A DNA stretch of 63,665 nt, filler included, from Octopus bimaculoides (lineage: Eukaryota): the NCBI RefSeq assembly GCF_001194135.2. It is 4 parts of 4 records of this genome, joined end to end, with 100 filler letters (N's around TTAATTAATTAA, not from the genome) between each part and the next. Parts side by side here need not be neighbours in the genome. Positions count along the whole stretch, not along the records: positions 1 to 30,023 come from NC_068981.1; 3 more parts are not named here. One strand, given 5' to 3'. This document shows positions 1 to 13,674 of this stretch, in pieces; position 1 is the first letter of the stretch, and each line of letters opens with the position of its first letter. The translations under genes and the position numbers were made by a program. A model generated the notes under the pieces. The model did no database searches. It saw nothing but the letters and a program-made list of their open reading frames with translations, and was not told where the DNA came from.

Positions 1-75
1 TGGCCAGTTAGAGTGAAAGCTGGATAGACAGTGGACAGAAAGATTGCTACACACACGCACATACATTTATATGTG

Positions 76-107
<32 letters not shown>

Positions 108-1153
108 ACACATAGAGAGAGAAAGAGAGGGACAGAAGAAGAAGAAGAAGAGGAAGAAGAATAAGAAGAAGAGAGAGAGAGAGAGGGAGCGATTGTCAGG
201 TACAGAGATAGAATGTGGCACCGACGTAAGTAATCAGGTATAAAGATGGCGGGTTTACACACACACACTCGCGCGCACACACACGTCCATAATCCAATGA
301 TAAACTCAGCGACAACTTATGAGATGATTGATTGAAAGATTTCCAGCAGACATCTCTGAGGTTAAACTAATAATCACCAAAAGGCACCACCAGTCAACGC
401 AAAGATAGAACTCTAACACTTTTCTCTCTCCATCTGCTAGAGATTACAACTTCCGTTCATCTACAGGGGGAAACAATAGAAGCCATTACTGGTAGTTAAA
501 GCTGTGGTTTTTATTTTAGTTTTTTCTTTTCCTCTTTGTATCATAATCTTGGTCTCGCCAACACACAGCATAGTTTAGAGCAATCGATGGCACCACGCTT
601 GTGACGATTTTGAAAAATTGTTCACATGGGGGATATTGGACACGATTAATCATTTCCTATTGTGAAAGGCGAGGATTTGCAGCCATCTTTTACGGTTATA
701 TCAGCAGCGAGAAATCTGACAGAAAACGGACATCGCCGAACAGGCGTGAAGTAGCTTGTTGGTTTGAGATATGGCTGTGTGTCTTAGAAAGAACTGCAAC
801 AGAATATCCTGATAGCTCTGAAGAAAGTGGAACTGTAATTAAAATAGGAAAAGGATTTGAGTTGTTTGGAAAGCAGAAGGAATTAAAGGATGACAAGAGA
901 GGAGAACTCTGTAAAGCGTATGTTGGTTCTGTTTTTGATTAGGCGTGGATTTTAATTGACAAATTTAATCTCTTTAAGATTATCTCTTTCCATAGGTATA
1001 CGATACACAATGGAATTGCCATTTATAATGGTAGAATATAAATAGTGGATACACACAGATTACGATTTAGTTCAATAGAAATACGTCAGTTTTTGCATGT
1101 GTGTGTGTGCGGTTTGTGAGCGAGTGTTTGTGTGTGTGTATGTGTGTGTGTGC

Positions 1154-1200
<47 letters not shown>

Positions 1201-1280
1201 CGTCTGTGTCTGTGTGTTTGAATGTAAAGAAAGACTGAATTATATTTAGAAGAATCGGCCGAGGAAATACAAATAAGTAT

Positions 1281-1284
<4 letters not shown>

Positions 1285-1362
<78 letters not shown>

Positions 1363-1575
1363 AAGAGACGGTGAGAAAGAGAGAGACGGAGAAAAAGGGA
1401 GAAAGCGAGAGAAAGACGGAGAGAAAGAGAGAGAGACGGAGAGAAAGACGAACAAAAAGAGAGAAAGAGAGAGAGAGACGGAGAGAAAGAGAGAAAGACG
1501 GAGAGAAAGAGAGAAAGAGAGAGACGGAGAGAAAGAGAGAGACGGAGAGAAAGAAAGAAAGAGAGAGAGAGAAGG
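1285..1575. repeat. (GA)n microsatellite followed by degenerate purine-rich GAGAGAAA/GAGACGGA repeat
   Basis: Direct reading of the sequence. Confidence 0.95.
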
Positions 1576-2220
1576 AAAACATATAGGTGAGAGGTAAAAA
1601 CTAGCAGATTATAGATTATTAGAAAATGATAACCACATTAAAAATTATGGCAAAATGAACGACTAATTAGTAACAGTAAAACAAATGACTGATAACAAAA
1701 GAAAAACCAGAAAACCATTGGTTGAAAAAGAAAAAAAAAAATAACACGTCTTTTCTTAGAAGTTGTCATTGAAATATTGTTTGTCAGATTTAAGAAAGCA
1801 TGTCAAAATATATTATTATCTGATAGGTTATATACACTCTGCTGTGCTCGACAAAATGTCTAAACACACACAGAGACAAATATTCAAAACTAGCTTAGTG
1901 GTAAGAAACCGTTGTAAGAAATAAGCGCAGATCTGCTTTCTGTTTACGAAAATATGTAAACTTGGTGATTTATTTGTTGTGACGGTTTTGTCGTGGTACT
2001 GTGATTTATTTATCTGAGGTTATTACCGATCTGACGTATAGAGATCTTATTAGAGGTTATTACTGTACTCATGTTCAAGTAATAATCGCTCTCTGATAAG
2101 ATCTCTGTTGGCGATTATCATCAGACATGTTTTAGTATTTAAAATGGAATGTTTTGAGGAAGAAATTAAATCACTTTGTGCGCTTGCATTGATATTTAGA
2201 GAACAATGGTGTCCTTTATA

Positions 2221-2616
2221 CTCTTTTACTCTTTTACTTGTTTCAGTCATTTGACTGTGGCCATGCTGGAGCACCGCCTTTAGTCGAGCAAATCGACCCC
2301 AGGACTTATTCTTTGTAAGGCCGAGCCGCTAAGTTACGGGGACGTAAACACACCAGCATCGGTTGTCAAGCGATGTTGGGGGGGGGGGGACAAACACAGA
2401 CACACAAACATATACACGCACACATACATACACGCATATATATTTATATGCATATATACGACGGGCTTCTTTCAGTTTCCGTCTACCAAATCCACTCACA
2501 AGGCTTTGGTCGGCCCGAGGCTATAGTAGATGACACTTGCCCAAGGTGTCACGCAGTGGGACTGAACCCAGAACCATGTGGTTCGTAAGCAAGCTACTTA
2601 CCACACAGCTACTCCT
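2221..2616 (-). mobile_element. tRNA-derived SINE family F1, near full length, with internal (CA)/(TA) microsatellite
   Basis: On the minus strand: tRNA-like head (AGGAGTAGCTGTGTGGTAAG...GGTTCAGTCCC), shared body and tail ...GCATGGCCACAGTCAAATGACTGAAACAAGTAAAAGA; more than 10 homologous copies in this window. Confidence 0.9.
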
Positions 2617-2704
2617 ACGTTATGGTCAAGATTTTTTAAAATTTTGTAAATATAGTCAGTATCTTTGGTTATCTCAATCGTTACATAATATTATTATCTA
2701 ACGG

Positions 2705-2705
<1 letters not shown>

Positions 2706-2776
<71 letters not shown>
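2706..2776. repeat. (ATT)n microsatellite
   Basis: Direct reading. Confidence 0.97.
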
Positions 2777-2777
<1 letters not shown>

Positions 2778-4204
2778 GCCATTTATGCCCCTGTGGCTAA
2801 TAAAAATATTATGATGGTTATTGTGGTTTTTGTTTTTGTTGACGTTCTCCTCCTCCTCCGCCTATTCACTGGTACCATGTTGATGGTACGTCAGTTTGTA
2901 TGAGACTTCGAAGCACAATCATGTAAGCACAAACAACAGCCAGTACGTTACGGGTCGCTGAGCAGCGTGGGTCGTCCTCTGATCGTGTCTTTGCGGTACA
3001 AACGGAATCTTACACTGATCCGTGTAATCACAGCTCTATCTATGATAAGCGTAACACAATTCATAACTGCACGTACCGTGTTGTCCTGGACCCGTGATAA
3101 TTGAATCAGCGACAAACGAGGCCACATATAACATAATTAATTCGTAGAATAGAAATATAAAATTATTTACTTAAAACAGTTTTAAAAAAAAGACTATATT
3201 TGAATTATTATCCGAACACTTAACGAAAATTATTTCCTTTCGATTATATTTGTATATTCTATTTATTTTCACTAAACGTGAAAAGCAATCATTAAACGGA
3301 ACGAGACTTTACATTATATNNNNNNNNNNNNNNNNNNNNNNNNNNNNNNNNNNNNNNNNNNNNNNNNNNNNNNNNNNNNNNNNNNNNNNNNNNNNNNNNN
3401 NNNNNNNNNNNNNNNNNNNNNNNNNNNNNNNNNNNNNNNNNNNNNNNNNNNNNNNNNNNNNNNNNNNNNNNNNNNNNNNNNNNNNNNNNNNNNNNNNNNN
3501 NNNNNNNNNNNNNNNNNNNNNNNNNNNNNNNNNNNNNNNNNNNNNNNNNNNNNNNNNNNNNNNNNNNNNNNNNNNNNNNNNNNNNNNNNNNNNNNNNNNN
3601 NNNNNNNNNNNNNNNNNNNNNNNNNNNNNNNNNNNNNNNNNNNNNNNNNNNNNNNNNNNNNNNNNNNNNNNNNNNNNNNNNNNNNNNNNNNNNNNNNNNN
3701 NNNNNNNNNNNNNNNNNNNNNNNNNNNNNNNNNNNNNNNNNNNNNNNNNNNNNNNNNNNNNNNNNNNNNNNNNNNNNNNNNNNNNNNNNNNNNNNNNNNN
3801 NNNNNNNNNNNNNNNNNNNNNNNNNNNNNNNNNNNNNNNNNNNNNNNNNNNNNNNNNNNNNNNNNNNNNNNNNNNNNNNNNNNNNNNNNNNNNNNNNNNN
3901 NNNNNNNNNNNNNNNNNNNNNNNNNNNNNNNNNNNNNNNNNNNNNNNNNNNNNNNNNNNNNNNNNNNNNNNNNNNNNNNNNNNNNNNNNNNNNNNNNNNN
4001 NNNNNNNNNNNNNNNNNNNNNNNNNNNNNNNNNNNNNNNNNNNNNNNNNNNNNNNNNNNNNNNNNNNNNNNNNNNNNNNNNNNNNNNNNNNNNNNNNNNN
4101 NNNNNNNNNNNNNNNNNNNNNNNNNNNNNNNNNNNNNNNNNNNNNNNNNNNNNNNNNNNNNNNNNNNNNNNNNNNNNNNNNNNNNNNNNNNNNNNNNNNN
4201 NNNN

Positions 4205-4328
4205 GCCTAGTACTTATTCTATTCGTCTCTTTTTACCGAACCGCTAAGTTACGGGGACGTAAGCACACCAGCATCGGTTGTCAAGCGAGGATGGAAAGGG
4301 AGAGGATACACACACACACACACACACG

Positions 4329-4360
<32 letters not shown>

Positions 4361-4497
4361 CAACGGGCTTCTTTCAGTTTCCGTCTACCAAATCCACTCA
4401 GAAGGCTTTGATCGGTCCGAGGCTATAGTAGAAGACACTTGCCCAAGGTGCCACACAGTGGGACTGAACTCGGAACCATGTGGTTGGTAAGCAAGCT
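4205..4497 (-). mobile_element. SINE F1, partial (gap on left)
   Basis: Near-identical to 2330-2600. Confidence 0.9.
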
Positions 4498-5037
4498 GTT
4501 TAATTCTTACCTGTGTTCACCTGATGAAAACGATTTTTTTTCGCATGATGTAACACTCATGTGCATCAATGATAAATACGTTTGAAACAGCTGTAATGAA
4601 CCACAGTCCACCATCTGTTGCTATTTGTTTATCATTCACCTGACTCGGAACCTGAAATTCGTTTGAACCTGGAGTTTATTGAGCGCAGTACAATAGGTGC
4701 AGTATTTATGGCCATGTATTTATACCCTTGAAGGCCCATTGTATATTCAGTCGGCCATTTGTGATTGTACACACAACCAGAGTATAAATCTGTGTTTACT
4801 TTAGTAAGTAGGTGTTTGTCTTCAAATATTGTTTGTACGCGGTAGCGATATCACTGTTCCTTTAATATTTAAGGACCTGATTTGCTTGAATCCTTAAGTT
4901 TATATATATATATATTATTTTAATATTTATTACTTTGGATTTTTATTATAGGTCTTTTTAGTGTATTTACTTATTAAATTTTTCTATATATGATTGTGGA
5001 TTTTCATGGATGAATTCAAGAATTGTTTTTTTTCTCT

Positions 5038-5074
<37 letters not shown>

Positions 5075-5136
5075 ACAAGATATGCTCTTCCCTCGTCTGT
5101 TATCATCCAAAAGTCATAACAATTTCCATCTTTTAA

Positions 5137-5167
<31 letters not shown>

Positions 5168-5192
5168 NNNNNNNNNNNNNNAAGAATGACAG

Positions 5193-5232
<40 letters not shown>

Positions 5233-5271
5233 GCAGGATAGTCAGAATTTTATCATGATAGTCTGAACTAA

Positions 5272-5465
5272 GGCTGTGAACTGGCAGAAATGTCAGAACG
5301 TCGACATTTCTTCCAACTCTTTACGTTCTGGTTTCAAATTCTGTCGATTTAACTCGGCGTTAATTTTGCGTTTCATCCCTGTGGTTGATAAAATCAAGTA
5401 CCGGATGAATTTTAATTAACTAACCCCTTTTACCCCAAACTGCTGGCTGTGTATCTAATTCAGAA
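5272..5465 (+). mobile_element. SINE family F3, degenerate
   Basis: CTGGCAGAA...TTTACGTTCTGGTTTCAAATTCTG...TTTCATCCCTGTGGTTGATAAAATCAAGTACC matches other F3 copies such as 40158-40371. Confidence 0.7.
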
Positions 5466-5609
5466 ACCTTCATGATAGGTAAAATTACAGGAAATCCAGC
5501 CGAATCTCAGTCTCATTTACGACATTCTGGAACGACTAATTAGTACAATTCGTGTTTTTGGAATTTCGAAAACAAAACTGAGAATTGGGTGGGTTTCCAG
5601 TAATGGGCC

Positions 5610-6870
5610 GAGTTGGGTGAACAAGAAAGATTCCAAACAAGTTTCATCAGGCAGGTAACAGAAGCTTGTGGAGAAATACCACATAAACTAGCGGACATGA
5701 TGTTCTTTAACACCGTCAAGACGTTTGATTCCGTAATTGGTGAAACTGTGAGAAAAATACTTGTTAAACCTGGGTACCTGCAAAGATTCATCGCAATATG
5801 AAAGCTGAAGAGCAGTGCCAGTCTTAAATAACAAATCAGGGGACGGCCCAGTTTTAAGTGAGAACTGAAGGAAAGGATGGATGTTTGGTTGCCCCTATTC
5901 TCTTCTCCATCTTTCTCTCAGCCAAACTTGAGTCTGCTACGGGAAAACCGCTGCTGTTTAATTCAGTTTTCGTATCTCACAAATAACAAGTTAATCAGCA
6001 TCGGGAGAGTCCGTACTGGAACAAAAAGACTACGAGTTTCCACTGAAGCAAATGAAATCATGGATGTGAGAATAACTAAAGCAAAAATCTTGCTTTAACA
6101 AGCAACACACAAGTAATAAGTCGGTCCAGCAATTTAGATACATCGACAGATGGTGGAAATTGTAAGGCACTACCAATAAATGGGTATTCACCTATCATCA
6201 AACATAGAATTTGATAAGGAAATCCAACACTGGATCAAATGTGCCAACGTAAATATAGATCGCATGGGAAGACGAATATATGAGAATCATGATCAGAGAC
6301 AAACAGCCAAATGTATGGTGGACAAGGCTGTTGTTGTACTCTCTTATATGAAGTCTGAAGCCTAGAGAAGTTGAAGGTCACTTCTCCATTAATTGGGTTT
6401 ATATTTCCAGAGGTGTCTGAGAGAAATCATGCACAGAAGAGACAGAAGAAGGCCAACGTGGTCGAGCTGACCGTTTGAATCCAGCATTGAATCCTTGATT
6501 ATGTCACACTAGCTACGATGGACTGGCCATATTATGTAAATACACCATCAGTTGCTCAAGCAAGTGTTTAGTTTTCTATTAAAAGAAAGAACGCAAATAC
6601 GAGACGGACAAAGGGAGAAGTTCAATAATATATTTAAAAATTGTGGCATCTTTGAGTACGAGTGGGAATGGTTGGGGTACAATGGACACAAATGGAAGGG
6701 GATCATCTAGGATGGAGTGTAACACTTCGTCACGGTAGGAAGCGAACAACCTCAAGGATAGATATGATGAATGAAAGTTGTGTAAAACGACGAACACAGC
6801 AGATCTTTTCTTGTGAGACATCAAATGACTGGTTTGCAACTGGACTTATTGAACTTGTATTCACATAGTC
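5610..6870 (+). mobile_element. Decayed RTE-clade LINE, RT domain to C-terminus (many stops and frameshifts)
   Basis: Translations FIRQVTEACGE...KTFDSVIGETVRKILVKPG (cf. LRQ..EK..E...KAFDSV.RE.LW.IL.K.G) and GIHLSSNIEFDKEIQHWIKCA...AKCMVDKAVV (cf. YLGS.LS....D.EI..RI.KA...K..VY.AVV). Confidence 0.8.
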
Positions 6871-7145
6871 ATATGTAGGTCCATAAAAGTTAAATCTGGA
6901 GGATAATCAACCTAGACCTCGACGGATTGCCGACGATGACGATATATATATGTATCAATGCCAAAATACATGCACATACACGCGCAAACACACACATACA
7001 GTTCCATGCATATACAAACGCACATACATATACGTATGCAGTTTTGTGTCTCAACCATTCTACATGTATGTCTCTCTCTTTCCTTCCTCCCTCCATATAT
7101 GTTTTCGCCAAGTTTTTGTCTATTTTTCCCTTCTCTATCTAACTT

Positions 7146-7183
<38 letters not shown>

Positions 7184-7292
7184 GACCTATGGGGGATGTA
7201 TGTATCTACGTACCTCCATTAGTAGATCTGTCTCTCAATTTTGTGTTTGTGGTTTTGGTATAGCTACAAAACTGCTTCAATCTATCTATCTG

Positions 7293-7347
<55 letters not shown>

Positions 7348-7388
7348 CTGCTTATACACACATGTACATACATACATACATACATGCA

Positions 7389-7425
<37 letters not shown>

Positions 7426-7980
7426 ATAAATAAATAAATAAATATATATANNNNNNNNNNNNNNNNNNNNNNNNNNNNNNNNNNNNNNNNNNNNNNNNNN
7501 NNNNNNNNNNNNNNNNNNNNNNNNNNNNNNNNNNNNNNNNNNNNNNNNNNNNNNNNNNNNNNNNNNNNNNNNNNNNNNNNNNNNNNNNNNNNNNNNNNNN
7601 NNNNNNNNNNNNNNNNNNNNNNNNNNNATATATATATACATAAAAATTACATGCATGTATGTGTCTATCTGTCTATCTCTTTATATATATATATATATAT
7701 ATACACGTACATACATATAAACATAATACATAACATATCTATTTATCAGCCCACCCAACTATAGAGCAATAGACTCATATATTTAATGCGTTTCTCTCAT
7801 GTTGATAACCAAAGAAATAAACAAATAAACATCCGCCATTAAACTTGAGCGGAAACAAACCATCACGCACCACTGACATAAACACAGAACAATAAAGTGC
7901 AGAGGTCAAATTATTGCCTCGTTATCAATTATTTGCCGATTGATAAGATAATACGACTGTGGCGAACGGTGGCGATGGGG

Positions 7981-8050
7981 TAGCATTCGGTAGCAGACGA
8001 TAGCGTTCGGTAGCAGACGATAGCGTTCGGTAGCAGACGATAGCGTTCGG
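7981..8050. repeat. 20-bp minisatellite (TAGCGTTCGGTAGCAGACGA) x3.5
   Basis: Direct reading; one substitution in the first unit. Confidence 0.95.
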
Positions 8051-8719
8051 TGGCTGGAGGTGGTTATACTACTTATGAAAATGTTTGCCGTTCAAGACAA
8101 TGTGTGTGGCTAGTCAAAACGGCTGCTATATGCAATGTCGTTTGTAAGATAGGTGTTATAAAAGAGGGAAGCGTTGATATCAATGGCGGTGGTGTCGTTA
8201 GGTCGTGATCGTAATGTCAGTGGCGTTGAAAAGACAGATGGTGGTGGTGGTGGTGGTGGTGGCGGTGACTTTTGTTTTAGTTATCAATTAATAGTCAATA
8301 TAATTTGCCAACGAATGCTTACATGTCGGCGCAAGTCTTCCTCTTGTGGCTGGTACTAAAAAGTTCGAAGCCGGTCGCCAGAGCCAAACTACCGTGACAA
8401 AAGGTCATAAAAGGTGAACTGAATGTTAAGTACGGTTTGTCATTCCTCGAGACTGTTATAAAAAATTAAACAAACGTTGTTTATGATTGTATGCCTTTCT
8501 TTCTCCCTATTCGACCCCTCGCCTCTCGTTCATTATATGTACGAATTTACGTATATCTCTATTCATGCATGTATTTATGTATGTATGTGTGCGCGTATAT
8601 ATACATACACACACACATGTAAGTCTGTATTCACAAACGCACACACGTATATGTAACATGTACCTATGTATGTATGCATGTATCTATCTGTCTGTCTCTC
8701 TGTCAGTCTATCTATCTCT

Positions 8720-8760
<41 letters not shown>

Positions 8761-9185
8761 CCCGTTTGTTTCTCTATGTGGCCTGTTTGTTTTCTGTGCT
8801 CTGTTTTTGTTCTGCTTTTCATTTTGTCCACGTTTTTTTTTTGTGACGCCCGTACCCATATATGCATCTATATATACATGTAGTTGTAGGTATGTACATA
8901 CATGTACGTATGTATGCATATACTCACATATTATTTGTATTATATATGTATATATATAATCCAGAACAGCCATCTAAACACACACACACATATATATATA
9001 TGAGACAGGCATAATATGTCTATGTAGAGCAAACGTAGACTGAGATACAGGGGTCCCGGACGGACGGTCAGACAAAATTTCGCATTTATTATTGCAGATA
9101 TATTTACATCCCCACGCGCGCACACAGGCACACAGACACACATATATACATAGAGGAGAGAAAATAGAGCGCGAAAAGGAGATAA

Positions 9186-9238
<53 letters not shown>

Positions 9239-9329
9239 TAGAGATAGAGAGAGAGAGAGATAGTGAGAGAGACACACAAGTAGGTTATTCAGCGTCACCA
9301 CCAGTCCCTCTCATTCGCCCGTGAAGCAA

Positions 9330-9830
9330 CTGAATGACAGGATAAAGTGGACCCTACCTATGCTATCCATCAAACACATAATGGTAACCCCAACAGTCTG
9401 TGGCACCATGGGGCCGCCAGCCAGTACTTCCGACAACATCCTATACCAGAAAGTTCTAATCAAAGAGCTAAGGGGCCTCATGAAGTTAGGCTTTCACATA
9501 ATAACCCAGTTCCTCTATGTTTTTCTGCTCCTTAAATGCCATCTCCTCATCACGTAAAACTTTATGTCGTGCATCACACATCTGATACTGAGCTCTGCCT
9601 CTTGACCAGCTCGGTAGTGGTCAGCATTGACCTACTGGTGGGGGGAATGTCTTTTATTGATCTTCTCCACTTAGAGAAGGTCACTAGCTACTCTGATACA
9701 GTTTGACTACGGGCAAATGTTTGATTCTTACGGCTACGAACGACACATTTCCTCCAGTGGTGCCCCACCTCTTCCTCGGTCCTGAAAACGAAGACATCCG
9801 TCCATATTGGAGACGCTGGCGATCTCTTAA
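9330..9830 (+). mobile_element. Possible heavily decayed L1/Tx1-type ORF2 fragment
   Basis: GC-richer coding-like block; LPLDQLGSGQH*PTGGGMS weakly resembles the QHP..GGLGMP motif; orientation uncertain. Confidence 0.25.
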
Positions 9831-9861
9831 GTGGTCTGAATGAGCCGATACGGTGAAACTT

Positions 9862-10070
9862 AGCGGTGAAACTTGCTCGAACGAATGACTTCAGTACTTT
9901 TTCTTTTCTAAGCCTGGTACTTACTTATTCAGTCGATCTTTTCGGCCGAACCGCTAAGTTACGGGGATGTAAACAAATCAACACTGGTTGTCAAGCGGTG
10001 GTGGGGGACAAACACAGACACAAAACACAGACACACATACACACATATCTAGGACAGGCTTCTTTCAGCT
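9862..10070 (-). mobile_element. SINE F1 fragment
   Basis: CGAACCGCTAAGTTACGGGG...GGTTGTCAAGCG...GGGACAAACACAGACAC matches the F1 body. Confidence 0.8.
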
Positions 10071-10106
10071 CCCTTGCACAACGTTAATGAATTTTATTAT
10101 AAGCAA

Positions 10107-10305
10107 CCCCCACCACTGCTTGACAACCGGTGTTGGTTTGTGCACGTTCACGTAACTTAGTGGTTAGGCAAAAGTGACGATAAAATAAGTCCCAGATTTA
10201 AAGAAAAAAGAAAAGAAGAAAAAAGTACCGGGGTCAAATCATTCGGCTAAAAACCTTCATAGCGATGCTGCAGCTTGGCCGCAGTCCAATGACTGCTACA
10301 AGTAA
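10107..10305 (+). mobile_element. SINE F1 3' half, inverted relative to the preceding copy
   Basis: GCTTGACAACCGGTGTTGG...GGCCGCAGTCCAATGACTG...CAAGTAAAA. Confidence 0.8.
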
Positions 10306-10617
10306 AAAAAAAAAATTGCTTTTACAAAGTTCAAGTTGCTAATCGTTAAGTCAGAGCTAGGTTTGTCTTCCTTGATAGTTCAGTGAATGAATCGGGGCAA
10401 AGATGTTTCTGAAGAATACCCCGTCCCTCCCGTTTTAATTTTGAGATTTTCGTACCGAAAGTTGTCTTCATTAGTCAGTGGACCAATGCAACATTTGGCG
10501 GATGGGTGGGTATACAGGGTACGGCAGAAGTAACGCCCTTTCGTATTTGAATCTTGTTGTTGCGATGAAACAACATTTAATAAATTTCCTGAAACTTCTG
10601 GGGTTTTTTATTATTCT

Positions 10618-10852
10618 TTTATTCTTTTACTTGTTTCAGTCATTTGACTGCGGTCATGCTGGAGCACCGCCTTTTTATTCGAATAAATCGACCCCAGGAT
10701 TTATTATTTTTTTGTAAGCTTAGTACTTATTCTATCCGTCTCTTTTGCCGAACCGCTAATGTTACGAGGACGTAAACACCAGCATCGGTGGTCAAACGAT
10801 GGTTGGGGGGAACAAACATAGACACACAAACCCCCCCCCCACACACACACAC

Positions 10853-10894
<42 letters not shown>

Positions 10895-11305
10895 AATTAA
10901 AAAAACGAAGAACAAACAGAAAAATAACAACAACGCAAGGACGTGGTACATGCAAAGTATTAGTAGACGCTCAGAGGAGGAAAGAAAGGTGGTTTAACGT
11001 TTTGAGCAAAGCTCTCCTTCAGAAACAGGAGACAGAGGAAAATCCAAGAGAAAAAGAAGACGGAGGAAAAAAAAAAACCGCCAGCGATTCACATGTGGTT
11101 ACATTTTGAAATGACCGGAAGGGAATGAGTAAAGAAAAATTTCTTTCTGACATGCTTCTTTCAGTTTCCGTCTGCCTAATCCACTCACAAAGATTTGGTC
11201 AGTTCGAGGCTATAGTAGAAGACACTTGCTCAAGTTGCCACGAAGTAGGACTGAACTCGGAACCATCTGGTAGGGAAGCAAGCTACTTACAACACAGCCA
11301 TTCGT
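10618..11305 (-). mobile_element. SINE F1 split by a PLE pseudo-LTR fragment (about 10890-11135) in its internal microsatellite
   Basis: F1 tail and body at 10618-10860, F1 head at 11150-11305, unrelated block between them. Confidence 0.85.
10992..11026 (-). ncRNA. Degenerate minimal type-I hammerhead motif in PLE pLTR fragment
   Basis: Minus strand GUUU-CUGAAGGA-GAGC uuu GCUC-AAAAC-GUU-AAAC; G12 is lost, so probably inactive. Confidence 0.5.
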
Positions 11306-11440
11306 TTCTTTAAGTAATGCAATAAATTTCTGTTCAATGAAAAAAAATTACTTAATAAACATTTATATACTATAAAAGTTATTAAATGCAAGAAGGGCGT
11401 TACTTCTGCCGGACTTTGTATTTTAATCATCTCAGTCAAG

Positions 11441-11730
11441 AAGGCGCGTGGCTGAGTGGTTAAGTGTATTCAGCTCACCATCCTAAAGTCGTGAGTTCGA
11501 ATCTCACCGGCGCGTTATCTCCTTGAGAAAAACGATTTATTTCATATTGCTTGAGTCCAGCTGGCAAAAATTAGTTGTACCTGTAATTCAACAGGGCCAG
11601 CCTTGTCACATTCAGTATGCCATGCTGAGTCTCTTTGAGAGCTACATTAAGGGTAGGCATGTCTGTGGAGTACTCAGTCACTTGGACGTTAATCTCGCGA
11701 GCAAGCTGTTCAGTTGATCGGATCAACTGG
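11441..11730 (+). mobile_element. SINE family F2 variant (tRNA head, CORE-like block, F2 body)
   Basis: GGCGCGTGGCTGAGTGGTTAAG...GAGTTCGAATCTC head; body homologous to 36100-36250. Confidence 0.8.
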
Positions 11731-12097
11731 AACAATTGTTGTAGTAATCGATGGAGAGCCAACTTAATCATCCCAATCACTTGTGAAGATGATTTATTTT
11801 TGATTCAGGGAGCTGTTTCTTGACTGTGGCGGAGGTAGTAGCTCTATGATTGTGGGTAATTTCCTTATCAGAGTATTTCTAGGGATTCTCTTTCTAGATT
11901 TGTTCAGGACATTTGTTGGTGGATGTGTATAATATATATTTATGTATACACGTATTCGTACATGCATATATATGTGCGCGTATATATATTACATAGATAT
12001 TTACATGTATACATATATGTGTGTATATACATGCGAGTACACATGTACAAACACCTGCACACACTCTCACACACGCACAGATATATATATATATATG

Positions 12098-12129
<32 letters not shown>

Positions 12130-13399
12130 TANNNNNNNNNNNNNNNNNNNNNNNNNNNNNNNNNNNNNNNNNNNNNNNNNNNNNNNNNNNNNNNNNNNNN
12201 NNNNNNNNNNNNNNNNNNNNNNNNNNNNNNNNNNNNNNNNNNNNNNNNNNNNNNNNNNNNNNNNNNNNNNNNNNNNNNNNNNNNNNNNNNNNNNNNNNNN
12301 NNNNNNNNNNNNNNNNNNNNNNNNNNNNNNNNNNNNNNNNNNNNNNNNNNNNNNNNNNNNNNNNNNNNNNNNNNNNNNNNNNNNNNNNNNNNNNNNNNNN
12401 NNNNNNNNNNNNNNNNNNNNNNNNNNNNNNNNNNNNNNNNNNNNNNNNNNNNNNNNNNNNNNNNNNNNNNNNNNNNNNNNNNNNNNNNNNNNNNNNNNNN
12501 NNNNNNNNNNNNTATATATATATATTTCTATATATGCATATACATACATATATATATTTCTATATATACACATTCACTGGTACATATAGGAATAAACATT
12601 TAATGAGATAAAAGCGGGTATATGCACTTACACACACACACACACATACACACACGCATCTATATACATTCATATACGTATATACTGACATACAAACATA
12701 TACATATTTGTTTAACATATATATATATCTATATCTATATACATATATATATATATATATACATACATTCACACACAAAGCAAACAAACACCTATACACA
12801 CACACACGTGCACGCACACGTACACACACACATCCGTATACGTGCACACACATACACATATGAATAAAAGTGACAGCTAATGAGATAAAGAAACTGTAAG
12901 AAGATCGCTGCAAGATTCTCTGCAACATAATTCATCGAATCTAGATGCATCTTTAAATGCCAACTTTATAATAATATTTAAACTAGCGATAAGTCATTCC
13001 AATTACGAATTGTAGACAAATTGAATCGCTAATCAGTCAAAGACTTTAGAATTTGTGCACAAGACGCCAATTTTCAAAGTAAGGGAGACAAATGTGAAAG
13101 GAAGGAGCATTACGTATGCCAACAGTTAATCACCGCTGCGCAACCGTTTGAATCCTGGCCTTATCCAAACTGTCATAACGGAATCCCAATTTAAGCTGGG
13201 TTGGCACAGCTGTGCAAGAACTGGAGCAAACCTGCCTGATTCAATATTGATGCGACAAAGAATTTCGTCAAGAAACGATAACTGATTCATTGTGTGTATA
13301 TGTGTGTGTGTATGTGTGCGCGCGCATGTGTGTGTGTGTGTATACATGTGCTGCGTGTGTGTTTGTAAGAGTCTGTTAACGTTTGTGTTTATACCTCAC

Positions 13400-13432
<33 letters not shown>

Positions 13433-13559
13433 GTTTGTGCGTGTGTGTGTGCTCACTACACGATTCTTTCTCCCACACAGCAGCGATCGGTATCTAACAA
13501 AGAGACTATTCGATTTTATTGACATTATACAAATCAAATCAAACACTGACTTTTAGTGA

Positions 13560-13594
<35 letters not shown>

Positions 13595-13637
13595 ACATAT
13601 CACATACATGCACACACACACACACACACGCACGCAC

Positions 13638-13674
<37 letters not shown>

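Noticed and set aside
601-942. 113-aa ORF in unique sequence
   Set aside because: GTG start, no recognisable domain or splice context; more like UTR or intergenic DNA
4511-4557. CTGATGA with flanking GTGTTCAC/GTAACAC
   Set aside because: GAAA and stem III are missing; at best an unrecognisably decayed HHR
7981-8050. Regular repeat as CRISPR array
   Set aside because: No unique spacers; eukaryotic context
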